Source: a virus (lineage: Duplodnaviria > Caudoviricetes). From it: a stretch of DNA of 64,000 nt. The notes below the pieces were generated by a model that saw only the letters and a program-made list of their open reading frames with translations, did not search any database and was not told the DNA's origin. Made by a program: the position numbers and the translations under genes. Below are positions 50,281 to 60,060 of the stretch, in pieces (position 1 is the stretch's first letter; each line of letters begins with the position of its first letter). The stretch lies in the IMG/VR virus record IMGVR_UViG_3300028048_000066, positions 64,001-128,000 of that record. The stretch is one strand, 5' to 3'.

Positions 50281-53142
50281 ATGTCATTACCAGTAGGAAA
50301 CATTAAGAGCATTCAAACACCAGATACTGTTAATCACGAGATTATACCTAGAAGATTAAAGGGTAGTGATTTTAGGTATGCTTTTGAATTAAACCAAACA
50401 TTAAAGTGTAGAAAAGTAAGAATCTATTTTGATACAAACTATGAAACACAATTAGGTACTTATTTAGCAGGACTTACTTACGATTCAAGTAATCCTCTAG
50501 GTGTTCCTATTTGTAATTTGATGACAATAACAAACAGTAATTACCCATCAAGTCCTAGTTATTATTTAGTAGCGGTTGATTTAACATCTGCAAGTATGGG
50601 TTATTGTTTAGCAACATTTGATGATTATTCAGCAGGAAGTCAATATCATTTAACAGTTAGATATGCAACTGCAAATGGTAGTGGTTATGGTATGACTTGG
50701 ACACAGGGTTATAATAATCTTGATGCAAGTAATGGTTTTGACTTTGTTAGTGAAGATGCTGCTGATTGTACAGTTGCTTTCTTAAATAATACTTCAACAA
50801 CTTGGAATGGTGCTTATATTTATCCAGATGCTGGTAGGTTAGTATCTGCTGGAACAGAGTTAGAAGTTAAATTACCACCTATAAAACAAGAATCAGTTTT
50901 GGCATTACAAAGTGATTTAGAAGATTTTGTAAAAGAAGATGATTTAGCAGATGTTGCTTTAAGTGGAAGTTATAATGACTTAACTAATAAACCAACAATA
51001 GTTAGTGATGTTAAAGTAAACAATACAACAGTTGTTTCTAGTGGTGTTGCTAATATCATTACAAACACTGCTTATAACGCTTCTACAAATAAAATAGCAA
51101 CGATGGCAGATATTCCATCAGTTCCTATAACAAGTGTTAAAACATTAGATACAACTGCTACAACAGCACAATCAACAAGTGCAAGTGAAACAATTAGTGG
51201 AAGCGGTAGTATTACATTACATAAAGTTGCTAAAACAGGAACATATAGTGATTTAATTGGAAAACCAACAATACCAACAGTAAATAATAACACAATTACT
51301 TTAACACAAGGTGGAGTAACAAAAGGTTCATTTACACTTAACCAAAATAGTGATGCAACCATTTCATTAGATGGTGGTGGAGCAGCAGATTATAATGACT
51401 TAACAAATAAACCAATTACAAACATAGTAAGTGGAACAACATATAGTGAAGGTAATTATTATAGAAAATCTGTTGATACTTATCTTGAACCATTTATGGT
51501 AGGTAGAACACTATCACAAGGAGATAAGATTTACTTTGATACAACAAAGGGTGATGAAGTAAGTTCTTTATTAGCAACACTTCCATATAGTGGTGGTGCA
51601 TATAATTTACTTAGTATAGGTGATGGTAAAGGTATTGGTGCTGTTTCATTAAGTGGTTACAAACTTTTAGCAATGATAGATGATAGTGGTGGACAATATA
51701 TTGGTGGAACTATTATATTTTCAAATAGAGCAGGAACAGTAACAAGTGGATTAACAGTTACAGCAGGATGGCAAAACCTAGCAAGTGATGGTTCTTATAC
51801 TTGGGCAAAGAGTGGAACAAGTACAATACTTTCTTTAAGTGCTGATGACTGGAACGGTATAATTGTTGGAACAAGTTGGAATGATACAAAAGCATTAACC
51901 AAATATGAAATAGGTGATTTACCAGTAGATTTAAGTACAGATGGTATTTATGTAGATGTCTCAAAAGAAAAAGAATTAAGAGCATTTTTAGAGGGTTTAT
52001 CATATGAAGAGGGAGAACCAGCAGGATTTGCATTATGTCAATTATTACAAATAGGTGGTGATGGTGGTGTTTATGCAATTAGAGATGCTACAGGAGATAC
52101 AACAAAATATCTTACTTGTTTATTGATAGAAAGTTTTAGTGTATTCTATGCTACAGATAGTGGAACAGTAATGCCAGACACACCATATGAAACAACTTAT
52201 GGTAAAGGTTTCCAAAACTTAAATTCTGATAATTGTCATTTATATGCATCAGGACAATCGGGAACAGGCACTTTCTCAATTCGTGCTATAGTAAATAGTG
52301 AGTGGAATGGTAAGTTCTTTGGTAGTAATATCTCAAATAAAGAAGGTGCTATCTATAGATATGAAGGTGGGGAATTAAAGAGAGTATTAGTAGAAGGAGA
52401 TGCTGCCGCTTCTGGTGGTGGAAGTGTAGAAATTCCAGTAACAGATGTTCAAGTAAATGGAACATCAATATTAAGTAGTGGGGTGGCAAATTTAGTTACG
52501 GAAACTGCTTATGATGCTTCTTCTAATAAGATTGCTACAAAGAGTGATTTACATAGTCATAGTAACAAGAGTGTATTAGATAATATTGCAACACAAACAG
52601 CATATACATCAAAAGGAACATCAACAAAGGTAGCAACAATAACAACAAATACAAGTGGTCAAGTAACAAGTATTAGTGAAACAAGTATTGCATTCCCAGT
52701 TACAAGTGTTAATGGTTCTACTGGTGCTATTACTGGATTAGCAACAACAAGTCAATTGCCAGATATGACTAATGTTGCTTATAAGAATGTAAATAATAAT
52801 TTTACAACAGGACAAACTATTAGTGGAAATTGTAGAGCATCTGCATTCACGAGTGATAATTCAGGTTGTGTTATGAGTATAGGTAATGGTAATGAAATAT
52901 CATTTGGTATGAGTTCAGGTAATGCAATTTACTTTGGTTATGACAATAGAACGAGTAGCACAGCATTTCCAAATACTTATAACTTCGGAGCAGGAACAGG
53001 AAGTGCAGGGGCAACATCAGGCACTATTAACTGTGGTAATCTAAATGGAAGTAATATAGTAGCATATGGAACAGTTAAGGTTGGAAATACTGCACTATTA
53101 ACTTACAACTCTACAACACAGTCATTAGACTTTACATTCTAG
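50281..53142 (+). CDS. Tail fibre/receptor-binding protein with three FDTT/WNG modules
   Basis: Fibre motifs GSYNDLTNKP, VTDVQVNGTS, VTSVNG; modules ending WNGAY, WNGII, WNGKF. Confidence 0.75.
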   Translation: MSLPVGNIKSIQTPDTVNHEIIPRRLKGSDFRYAFELNQTLKCRKVRIYFDTNYETQLGTYLAGLTYDSSNPLGVPICNLMTITNSNYPSSPSYYLVAVDLTSASMGYCLATFDDYSAGSQYHLTVRYATANGSGYGMTWTQGYNNLDASNGFDFVSEDAADCTVAFLNNTSTTWNGAYIYPDAGRLVSAGTELEVKLPPIKQESVLALQSDLEDFVKEDDLADVALSGSYNDLTNKPTIVSDVKVNNTTVVSSGVANIITNTAYNASTNKIATMADIPSVPITSVKTLDTTATTAQSTSASETISGSGSITLHKVAKTGTYSDLIGKPTIPTVNNNTITLTQGGVTKGSFTLNQNSDATISLDGGGAADYNDLTNKPITNIVSGTTYSEGNYYRKSVDTYLEPFMVGRTLSQGDKIYFDTTKGDEVSSLLATLPYSGGAYNLLSIGDGKGIGAVSLSGYKLLAMIDDSGGQYIGGTIIFSNRAGTVTSGLTVTAGWQNLASDGSYTWAKSGTSTILSLSADDWNGIIVGTSWNDTKALTKYEIGDLPVDLSTDGIYVDVSKEKELRAFLEGLSYEEGEPAGFALCQLLQIGGDGGVYAIRDATGDTTKYLTCLLIESFSVFYATDSGTVMPDTPYETTYGKGFQNLNSDNCHLYASGQSGTGTFSIRAIVNSEWNGKFFGSNISNKEGAIYRYEGGELKRVLVEGDAAASGGGSVEIPVTDVQVNGTSILSSGVANLVTETAYDASSNKIATKSDLHSHSNKSVLDNIATQTAYTSKGTSTKVATITTNTSGQVTSISETSIAFPVTSVNGSTGAITGLATTSQLPDMTNVAYKNVNNNFTTGQTISGNCRASAFTSDNSGCVMSIGNGNEISFGMSSGNAIYFGYDNRTSSTAFPNTYNFGAGTGSAGATSGTINCGNLNGSNIVAYGTVKVGNTALLTYNSTTQSLDFTF

Positions 53143-53152
53143 GAGATAGTAT

Positions 53153-55726
53153 ATGTCATTAGTAGTATGGTTTCCACTAAATAACAATGTAAATAATCAA
53201 GGAACTACAACATTATCTATGACTTCTTTGAGTGGTTCTACCTTATCTAATACTGGTAAGGTAACTAGATATTGCTATGGAAATACAAGTTTTACTGGTG
53301 GTGGTTATGTATCATCTCAACAAATAACATTGGGACAAAATCAGTCTATATTTGCTTGGGTTAAGTTTTCAAGTTTAACAAGTGATAGTTCATTAGGTGG
53401 TTCTATTGCGGGTCAACATAGGTATCCAAGTAATGTAGGAATGGGAATGACATTAAAATATGTTTCATCTACTACTGGTTATTTGAGTGTTAATACTGGT
53501 AATGGAAGTGCGAGAACATTTAACACCTATTGTGGTTCAACACTATTACAAGCAAACACTTGGTATCATTTAGGTTATACTTATGATGGTTCAACAATTA
53601 GATTATATGTAAATGGTGTTTTAGATGGTTCACATAATTTTACTGGAATGTCAACACCAGCAGATTACTTTATGATAGGCTGTTGGTCTTTTAGTGGTTC
53701 TAGTGGTAACAGTGTTTATGGAAACTATAAATTAAATGGTTATATAAATGATTTAAGAGCATATAATCACACTTTATCAATAAAGGAGATTAAAGAACTA
53801 GCAAAAGGTTTAGCATTACATTATAAATTTAATTTTGAAGATTTATATGTTCCAGTAGAGTATATACAAAGTAGTGCATCAAGCACAAATTCTGGACAAT
53901 TTATAGATACTGGGTGGACTTATCCAAATACTGGTATTATTACATTAGAAAGTAAGTTTGCTTTTACAAAAGAAGAAAGTCAAAGAGCATTATGTGGAAT
54001 ACAAAAATCTGGGTATGGTCAACAATTATATGTTTATAGACCATCAAGTTCAACAATACAGACATATTTAGGTGGTGTAGGTGGAACAACCATAAACTTA
54101 CCTTCTACTGGACAAATAATTAACTTAAAACTAGAATTAAATGTTTCAACAACAACTGCAAGTTTTAGTGTAAATAATACAACTTTAACATATTCTTATA
54201 CAAATGATATTGCATCTAATTCATTAAGAATATTTAGTGGAAGGCAAGGAGATGTTATTGAAGATTGTTCTTCCCTTAAAATGTATAGTTTTAAGATATT
54301 AGAAAATGGGAATCCAGTTCGTGATTACATACCTTGCATAAGAAAGTGTGATAGTAAACCAGGATTATTTGATTTAGTAACCTATAATTTCTACACAAAC
54401 TCAGGTAGTGGAGAGTTTACTTATCCTTCAACAACAGTAGTAGCACAAGTTCCAGATGCAAGTGGTTATGGAAATAATGCAAGTTATAAATCTGCTTGTT
54501 CAACAACTGGAACAACTCCAATAGGTAGCACATCTTTGATATGTCCATCTACTGGTGTTTGTGTGCCTTATAATTTACCAATGAATCAATATACTATTGC
54601 TATGTGGTTTAAGTTGGGTGCAACAGGTAAAATGCCATTAGGTTCAAATACAACATCTTCTAATAATAGCAACTTTTATTGTTTTGGTGATAACTCTTGG
54701 AAGTATGTAACAAGTGCAGGTAGTCAAGAATATTATTATCAACATAACGGTGGTGCAGTAAGCACAAGTAACTATGTGTTCTGGGTTGCTACTTATGATG
54801 GAACTAATACAAAAATATATAGAAATGGTGTATATGAAGGAAGTCAAGCAGTTACAACTTCTGGTGCAACAGTAACTTTTAATAATATATCTATTGGTTT
54901 TGGTTTTAGTGATACAAGTTACTGGACTACAAATGAAGTAGCAGAGTTTAGATTATATGCAACAGCATTATCACAAGCAGATATAACTGAATTGTATAAA
55001 ACAAAAGAGAGTATAGATAAAAAAGGAAACCTATATTGTAATACTATAAATGAATTAGGAAATAGTATGAGTTTCAAAAAGAGTGGTATTATAGAGTGTA
55101 ATTCAATAACAGAGGGATTTAATAAGACATCACTACAAGGTGCTTATACTCAATTAGAGTATATCAAAACAAATGGAAATCAAATTATAAATACGGGTGT
55201 AGCAGATACATTACGAACAACAGTTGATTTAGATATGCAAGTTGACTCTGGTATAGGTCAATACTGGTATGGTTCAACTCAAAATAGTGGAAGTATGATG
55301 TATAATGGTTTATATAATATAACAGCATTAGAATATAATTGGTTGACAATTAGTAGAACTTCAAATAATAGATGTATTATGACTCAAAGATTAAATGGAA
55401 ATAATATTACAATTACTATGAATGGAGTAACTTCTACAGTAAGTGTAGGTAGCACTGCACCAACTGGTAATCTATATATATTCGGTTGTAATAATGGGAA
55501 TCGTTATTATGGCACAGGGATATTATGTAGATATTTTAGGATATATCAAGATAATGTTCTAGTAAGAGATTTTATACCAGTAAAAAGAAATAAAGATAAT
55601 GCAATAGGAATGCTAGATTTAGTTCACAACACTTTCTATGCAAATGCAGGAACAGGTTCATTCACTGCTGGTAATGAAATAAATAAAAAGTATGCAATAT
55701 ATACAAATAATATAATAGAAAATTAA
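53153..55726 (+). CDS. LamG/concanavalin-A-like lectin domain virion protein
   Basis: Two LamG-like domains (WYHLGYTYDG..IRLYVNG; ATYDG...IYRNG) and two EYI.S.G.Q.I(D/N)TG...RD(F/Y)IP domains. Confidence 0.8.
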   Translation: MSLVVWFPLNNNVNNQGTTTLSMTSLSGSTLSNTGKVTRYCYGNTSFTGGGYVSSQQITLGQNQSIFAWVKFSSLTSDSSLGGSIAGQHRYPSNVGMGMTLKYVSSTTGYLSVNTGNGSARTFNTYCGSTLLQANTWYHLGYTYDGSTIRLYVNGVLDGSHNFTGMSTPADYFMIGCWSFSGSSGNSVYGNYKLNGYINDLRAYNHTLSIKEIKELAKGLALHYKFNFEDLYVPVEYIQSSASSTNSGQFIDTGWTYPNTGIITLESKFAFTKEESQRALCGIQKSGYGQQLYVYRPSSSTIQTYLGGVGGTTINLPSTGQIINLKLELNVSTTTASFSVNNTTLTYSYTNDIASNSLRIFSGRQGDVIEDCSSLKMYSFKILENGNPVRDYIPCIRKCDSKPGLFDLVTYNFYTNSGSGEFTYPSTTVVAQVPDASGYGNNASYKSACSTTGTTPIGSTSLICPSTGVCVPYNLPMNQYTIAMWFKLGATGKMPLGSNTTSSNNSNFYCFGDNSWKYVTSAGSQEYYYQHNGGAVSTSNYVFWVATYDGTNTKIYRNGVYEGSQAVTTSGATVTFNNISIGFGFSDTSYWTTNEVAEFRLYATALSQADITELYKTKESIDKKGNLYCNTINELGNSMSFKKSGIIECNSITEGFNKTSLQGAYTQLEYIKTNGNQIINTGVADTLRTTVDLDMQVDSGIGQYWYGSTQNSGSMMYNGLYNITALEYNWLTISRTSNNRCIMTQRLNGNNITITMNGVTSTVSVGSTAPTGNLYIFGCNNGNRYYGTGILCRYFRIYQDNVLVRDFIPVKRNKDNAIGMLDLVHNTFYANAGTGSFTAGNEINKKYAIYTNNIIEN

Positions 55727-55742
55727 AAGGAGAATTAAATAT

Positions 55743-56303
55743 ATGGCAATTTTAGATTCAACAATAGTTAATGGTGATTTAAGTGTTAATGGTTCTGGTG
55801 GAAATATAGTATTAAAAAATAGTTCAGAAACACAAACTATTAGCATACCAGGGACTACAACAGTAGCAGGGGGTACAGTATTAACATTAAAAACTAATTC
55901 AACATCAAGTTATTTGGGATTTAGTAATACTTATGGTGTTCAAAGTTATATTGGAGTTAATGCTAATAGGAAACCTGTGTTTTATGATACAGCAGCCCAT
56001 ACTCTTGCTTATGTGAGTGATATTCTAGCATTGAAATTAACTTGGGTTGCAGATGTTACTCTTAAATCAAATCTTAAAACAATAGTAGGGGGTAATGGAA
56101 ATTATTTACTACTGCCACTTCCAGATGCTGTTCGTATATATAATACTGATACATTGGCTTTATGTAGTAGTTATCCTGTTTCTGTTAGTTTAAATTCGTA
56201 TGGTAATTTTTATATAGTGACAGGGCAAGGAGCACAAACATACGTAAGTATATCATCTGCAAACTTTAATGTAAATACTGTTCGTATTTATCAAATAGGT
56301 TAA
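55743..56303 (+). CDS. Small fibre-tip-like protein
   Basis: MAILDSTIVNGDL start; beta-rich. Confidence 0.55.
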   Translation: MAILDSTIVNGDLSVNGSGGNIVLKNSSETQTISIPGTTTVAGGTVLTLKTNSTSSYLGFSNTYGVQSYIGVNANRKPVFYDTAAHTLAYVSDILALKLTWVADVTLKSNLKTIVGGNGNYLLLPLPDAVRIYNTDTLALCSSYPVSVSLNSYGNFYIVTGQGAQTYVSISSANFNVNTVRIYQIG

Positions 56304-56316
56304 GGAGAAAATTAAT

Positions 56317-56811
56317 ATGATAGTTGCATTAGAATTAGATAATAAAAATATAATCAAAGGTTATGTTTGTATCGCAAGTGAAGATTATACAAATCTAATG
56401 GCAGACGATAATCGTTTTACATTAGCAGATGTAGATAGTTTAAGGGATATTGTAGAGTATAAGACCAAGTATGAAGATGGACAATTAATTCAGTTAGAAG
56501 ATTATTGCCAAGAATATTATGAAAACCAAAGAAAAGAGGAACAAAGATTTTTAATTCAAGCACAAATAACTGAATTAAATAACTGGTTTGATAAATATGA
56601 TATGCAAATAAAACAATATGAAAGAAATAAAAGATTAAATATTGAAGGTGTATATCATATAGATGGAGAAGATTATACAATAGATGAATTAGATGAACAA
56701 GCAGTAAATGTAGCAAATCAAATAAAGGAATTAAGAAAACAATTACAAGAACTAGAAAATCCTACACAAGAAATTATAAATGAAAATGTAGATAATAGTA
56801 GTGAAGAATAA
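56317..56811 (+). CDS. Possible tail-fibre assembly/chaperone protein
   Basis: Last gene of the fibre operon; I.EL..W...D....Y.R coiled pattern. Confidence 0.4.
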   Translation: MIVALELDNKNIIKGYVCIASEDYTNLMADDNRFTLADVDSLRDIVEYKTKYEDGQLIQLEDYCQEYYENQRKEEQRFLIQAQITELNNWFDKYDMQIKQYERNKRLNIEGVYHIDGEDYTIDELDEQAVNVANQIKELRKQLQELENPTQEIINENVDNSSEE

Positions 56812-56835
56812 GTCTATAAAGTAGTCAAGTTTTAG

Positions 56836-56866
56836 AAAGAGTTTAGCAAAAGTTAGACTCTTTTTT
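56836..56866 (+). terminator. Intrinsic terminator
   Basis: AAAGAGTTTAGC/GTTAGACTCTTT stem plus T tract. Confidence 0.8.
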
Positions 56867-56885
56867 AATTTTATGCAAAAAGTTG

Positions 56886-56914
56886 TTGACATTTCATCTT
56901 AAAAGTAGTATAAT
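56886..56914 (+). promoter_or_regulatory. sigmaA-type promoter
   Basis: TTGACA-17 nt-TATAAT. Confidence 0.85.
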
Positions 56915-56943
56915 ATAACTAGATAATAAAGGTGAGGTGTCTT

Positions 56944-58074
56944 ATGGTTTACAATATTCCACTTTGTAATGAAGAACTTTTCTTGAAGAAGGTCAAGAGA
57001 ATTATGAAGAAGTGTCATAATGGCGAAGTAGTAGTTTTGCCAATGGACACCATTTTGGTTAAAGATGAAGATAGAAAAATCTCTTACAAGTGTAGACAAT
57101 ATGAAGTAAGAGGTGAATATAAGATTGAAGGTTGGGAATTTGTAGCAGAGATTACTCACAAGGACTCTGGCAATGTTATTAGATGTATCAAATCAGACTA
57201 TTCAGATACAATTGCTCAAAGATATGGTGAAAAGATGTCTACTTGTGAACATTGTGGTAAGAGATTGTTTAGAAGAAATACATTTATTATTAGAAACCTT
57301 AATACAAACGAATTGAAGCAAGTGGGTTCAAGTTGTGTTAAAGAATACACAAATGGATTGAGTGCTGAATTGTGTGCTAATATCTCTTCTTTCTTTGCTG
57401 ATATTGAAGATGAGTTGATGTATAGAGATGAGTTTAGATGTTCATACTCTTCTAATACATACTTTGATAGAATCTCATCCTTGAAACTTATGTATTATAT
57501 TGTTAAGAATCAAGGATATGATAAAGAAACAACAAAACAAGTATTTATTGAAACATATAGAGAGATGGACTATAAAGACATTGATGCTCTTGTAAATGAT
57601 GGAGAGTTGTTAAATGTTTCTAATTGGTTGGAGAATAAATCTAATTCTAATGCCTATTGGTGTTCTTGTAAGACATTATATAAAAGTGATGAAGTAGAGT
57701 TTAGAGATTATAATTATTTACTTTCTATGTTCTCTGTATACTTCAAGGAACAATTTGAATCACAAAAACAAAAGAATGATGCAAAAGACATCAATGAGTA
57801 TGTAGGACAAGTTGGAGATAGAATCACTTTTACAGCACACCAAGTTAGATATTTATTTGGTAAAGGTAAATATAGTTATTACGGACCAGAAGTATACTTA
57901 GTAGAATTGCTTGATAAAGAAGGACACACATACATTTGGTCTACATCTTCTTATATCAACATTGGAGATATTATTAAAGCAACCATCAAAGAACATAAAG
58001 ACTATAGAGGAACAAAGCAGACAGTCATTACAAGAGGCACAATTCTCGGTAATATAAAGAAACAAGAAGCATAA
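56944..58074 (+). CDS. Conserved phage protein with Zn-binding segment and C-terminal OB-like fold
   Basis: CEHC...R.R......QVGSSC; YVGQVGDR...ATIKEH..YRG.KQT.ITR. Confidence 0.65.
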   Translation: MVYNIPLCNEELFLKKVKRIMKKCHNGEVVVLPMDTILVKDEDRKISYKCRQYEVRGEYKIEGWEFVAEITHKDSGNVIRCIKSDYSDTIAQRYGEKMSTCEHCGKRLFRRNTFIIRNLNTNELKQVGSSCVKEYTNGLSAELCANISSFFADIEDELMYRDEFRCSYSSNTYFDRISSLKLMYYIVKNQGYDKETTKQVFIETYREMDYKDIDALVNDGELLNVSNWLENKSNSNAYWCSCKTLYKSDEVEFRDYNYLLSMFSVYFKEQFESQKQKNDAKDINEYVGQVGDRITFTAHQVRYLFGKGKYSYYGPEVYLVELLDKEGHTYIWSTSSYINIGDIIKATIKEHKDYRGTKQTVITRGTILGNIKKQEA

Positions 58075-58193
58075 TACCTCTGTGAGTGATTGTAGAGGCA
58101 TTGTAAGAGCATTTAGAGTAAAAGTAGATAAGTATATCAAAAAACATATAAAATAGATTATAGAGCAAATAAGAAGGTGAAAGGAGAATAGAT

Positions 58194-58559
58194 ATGAAAA
58201 GTAAAGTTTATACATTATATCAATTACCAGCAAATAGTAAAAAACTCTTTAGGTCTTATAATAGTAAATCACCTATTGACATCTTTGATTATGTAGGTGT
58301 ATATCAAGGAGAGATGGATAGTGAAATGAATGACATTAGTATTTGTGATGAGTTGTTTGAGGTATTCAACATCAGACATCCTAATGGTTTTGCTGGACAC
58401 AGTATGAGTACAAGTGATGTAATCTGTATTGATACATTTGAAGGTGATAGTTGTGTGGGTCGTAGTTTCTATTATTGTGATAGTTTTGGTTGGAAAGACA
58501 TAACAGATGAAATAGAAACAGAGAAAAAATATGACAACATTCATTGCATAGTATTGTAA
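58194..58559 (+). CDS. YodL-domain protein
   Basis: YTLYQL...Y..VY.G...LFEVFN..HP..F.GHSMS.SDVI...YYCDSFGW. Confidence 0.85.
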   Translation: MKSKVYTLYQLPANSKKLFRSYNSKSPIDIFDYVGVYQGEMDSEMNDISICDELFEVFNIRHPNGFAGHSMSTSDVICIDTFEGDSCVGRSFYYCDSFGWKDITDEIETEKKYDNIHCIVL

Positions 58560-58582
58560 AATTCTCAAAAAAGTGGTATAAT
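58554..58582 (+). promoter_or_regulatory. sigmaA-type promoter with extended -10
   Basis: TTGTAA-17 nt-TATAAT, TGn before the -10. Confidence 0.65.
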
Positions 58583-58704
58583 ATAAATAGAAGGATTTTT
58601 TATGTTGACTGCAAATCATAGGTGTCAGCATATTAAATCATATAGAAAAAGTATTGGTTCTGCAAAATGAAAAATATGCACAATAAAATAAAAGTGTTCA
58701 CCAA

Positions 58705-58719
58705 TGCTAAATTAAGTGA
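58705..58719 (+). promoter_or_regulatory. Putative phage late promoter (TGCTAAATTAAGTGA)
   Basis: Same variant as 15495. Confidence 0.65.
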
Positions 58720-58774
58720 AATAAAACATTATATAAACATTATACTAACTATATAATGTAAAGGAGAAAAGAAA

Positions 58775-59767
58775 ATGAGAAAAAAAGGACTCTTAGTAGC
58801 AACAATTGTTATGGTACTCGTATTGGCAGTATCATTAACAACAGCAACTTATGCTTGGTTCAGTGCAACTGCTTCTGCAACTGTTGAAACAATCAGATTA
58901 GAAGCAACAGCAGCAGATGGTCTTATCATTGGTGCATTAGGAACAGCAACAGCACAAGCATCCAGAACTTATACTGATTACAGATACGGTGACATTGTAT
59001 GGGATGGTTCAAAGTGGAATGGTGACTCCTATATGGGAACAAACCTTAACTTCCAAATCCAAAATGGTGAAAATGTTGACAATATGGTAATTGGTGCAAG
59101 TAAGGCAGTATCTTATACAACAACATCTATTAGTGGAACAGGTGATGCAGTAGGTACAACAATTCCAGCAAATAGTTGGTATAAGGCAAATGGCGATGCA
59201 GCAACATTGGATACGGGTTCTATTGCAGTAGCAAATGTACAAGAAGACTATATTGACTTTGATTTAGCAGTAACAACTTCTAAAGCAAACAGTGTAAAAC
59301 AAGCATATATGACATTACAAATTGTTCCAACTGCAACAACACAAATCAAGATGGCAGCAGCAATTCACTTCTATCTTGCAATTTATGATGGTACAACAAC
59401 TACAGAAATCACAAATACAATTGCAAATAAAGGAATGAGTGCATATCCAGGAAAAGTACAAAGCAATAACTTTGGTGACAATGTAACAGCAGGAACATAT
59501 GTAAGCACAAATGGAACAACACTTGATACACATCACACAACCGCAGCAGGTGATTGGTATTATATCGTACCACTCTTTGATAGTGCAACAGCAATGACTC
59601 CATTTGAAGACTTAATTCAAATCAAGTTAATTGTTTGGATTGAAGGTACAGATGATGCTTGTATTATTGCAAACGCAGGAACTGGTGCAGATGTTAAGAT
59701 TTTCTTTGACTATGATGCAGCACAAACTTATCAATGGTCAAATGGTGTTATGACATTAGCAGCATAA
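58775..59767 (+). CDS. Exported protein with a SipW-type signal peptide (TasA/CalY-like)
   Basis: MRKK + hydrophobic core + TTATYAWF; Ala/Thr-rich; C-terminal L.VWIEG.D..C. Confidence 0.7.
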   Translation: MRKKGLLVATIVMVLVLAVSLTTATYAWFSATASATVETIRLEATAADGLIIGALGTATAQASRTYTDYRYGDIVWDGSKWNGDSYMGTNLNFQIQNGENVDNMVIGASKAVSYTTTSISGTGDAVGTTIPANSWYKANGDAATLDTGSIAVANVQEDYIDFDLAVTTSKANSVKQAYMTLQIVPTATTQIKMAAAIHFYLAIYDGTTTTEITNTIANKGMSAYPGKVQSNNFGDNVTAGTYVSTNGTTLDTHHTTAAGDWYYIVPLFDSATAMTPFEDLIQIKLIVWIEGTDDACIIANAGTGADVKIFFDYDAAQTYQWSNGVMTLAA

Positions 59768-59925
59768 AAAATTAAAAAGTAGCAAACAAAAACAAATAAA
59801 ACTTTTTTCTTACAAGTATATATAGATAGATACAATACATAAAGGGCAAGAAGCATAGTAGAGTATCGGTGTCATTACATAAGAGAGCAAGAAGCATTAG
59901 TAAGGCATTTTAATGAAAGGTAATA

Positions 59926-59960
59926 ATAAGACCACTCTTAAAAATGGGGTGGTCTTTATT
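59926..59960 (+). terminator. Intrinsic terminator
   Basis: AAGACCACTC/GGGGTGGTCTT stem plus T-rich tail. Confidence 0.75.
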
Positions 59961-59996
59961 TATTTGAAAAAAAATTATCAATGATGTAAAAAGTAG

Positions 59997-60025
59997 TTGA
60001 CTTTTCTTTCAAAAGGTAGTATAAT
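59997..60025 (+). promoter_or_regulatory. sigmaA-type promoter
   Basis: TTGACT-17 nt-TATAAT. Confidence 0.8.
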
Positions 60026-60060
60026 ATAATCAGATTAAACTTATAGGAGATTTATTTTTT

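Noticed and set aside
59836-59902. Possible mini-CRISPR array
   Set aside because: Only two imperfect, non-palindromic repeats with a ~15-nt gap, and no cas genes.
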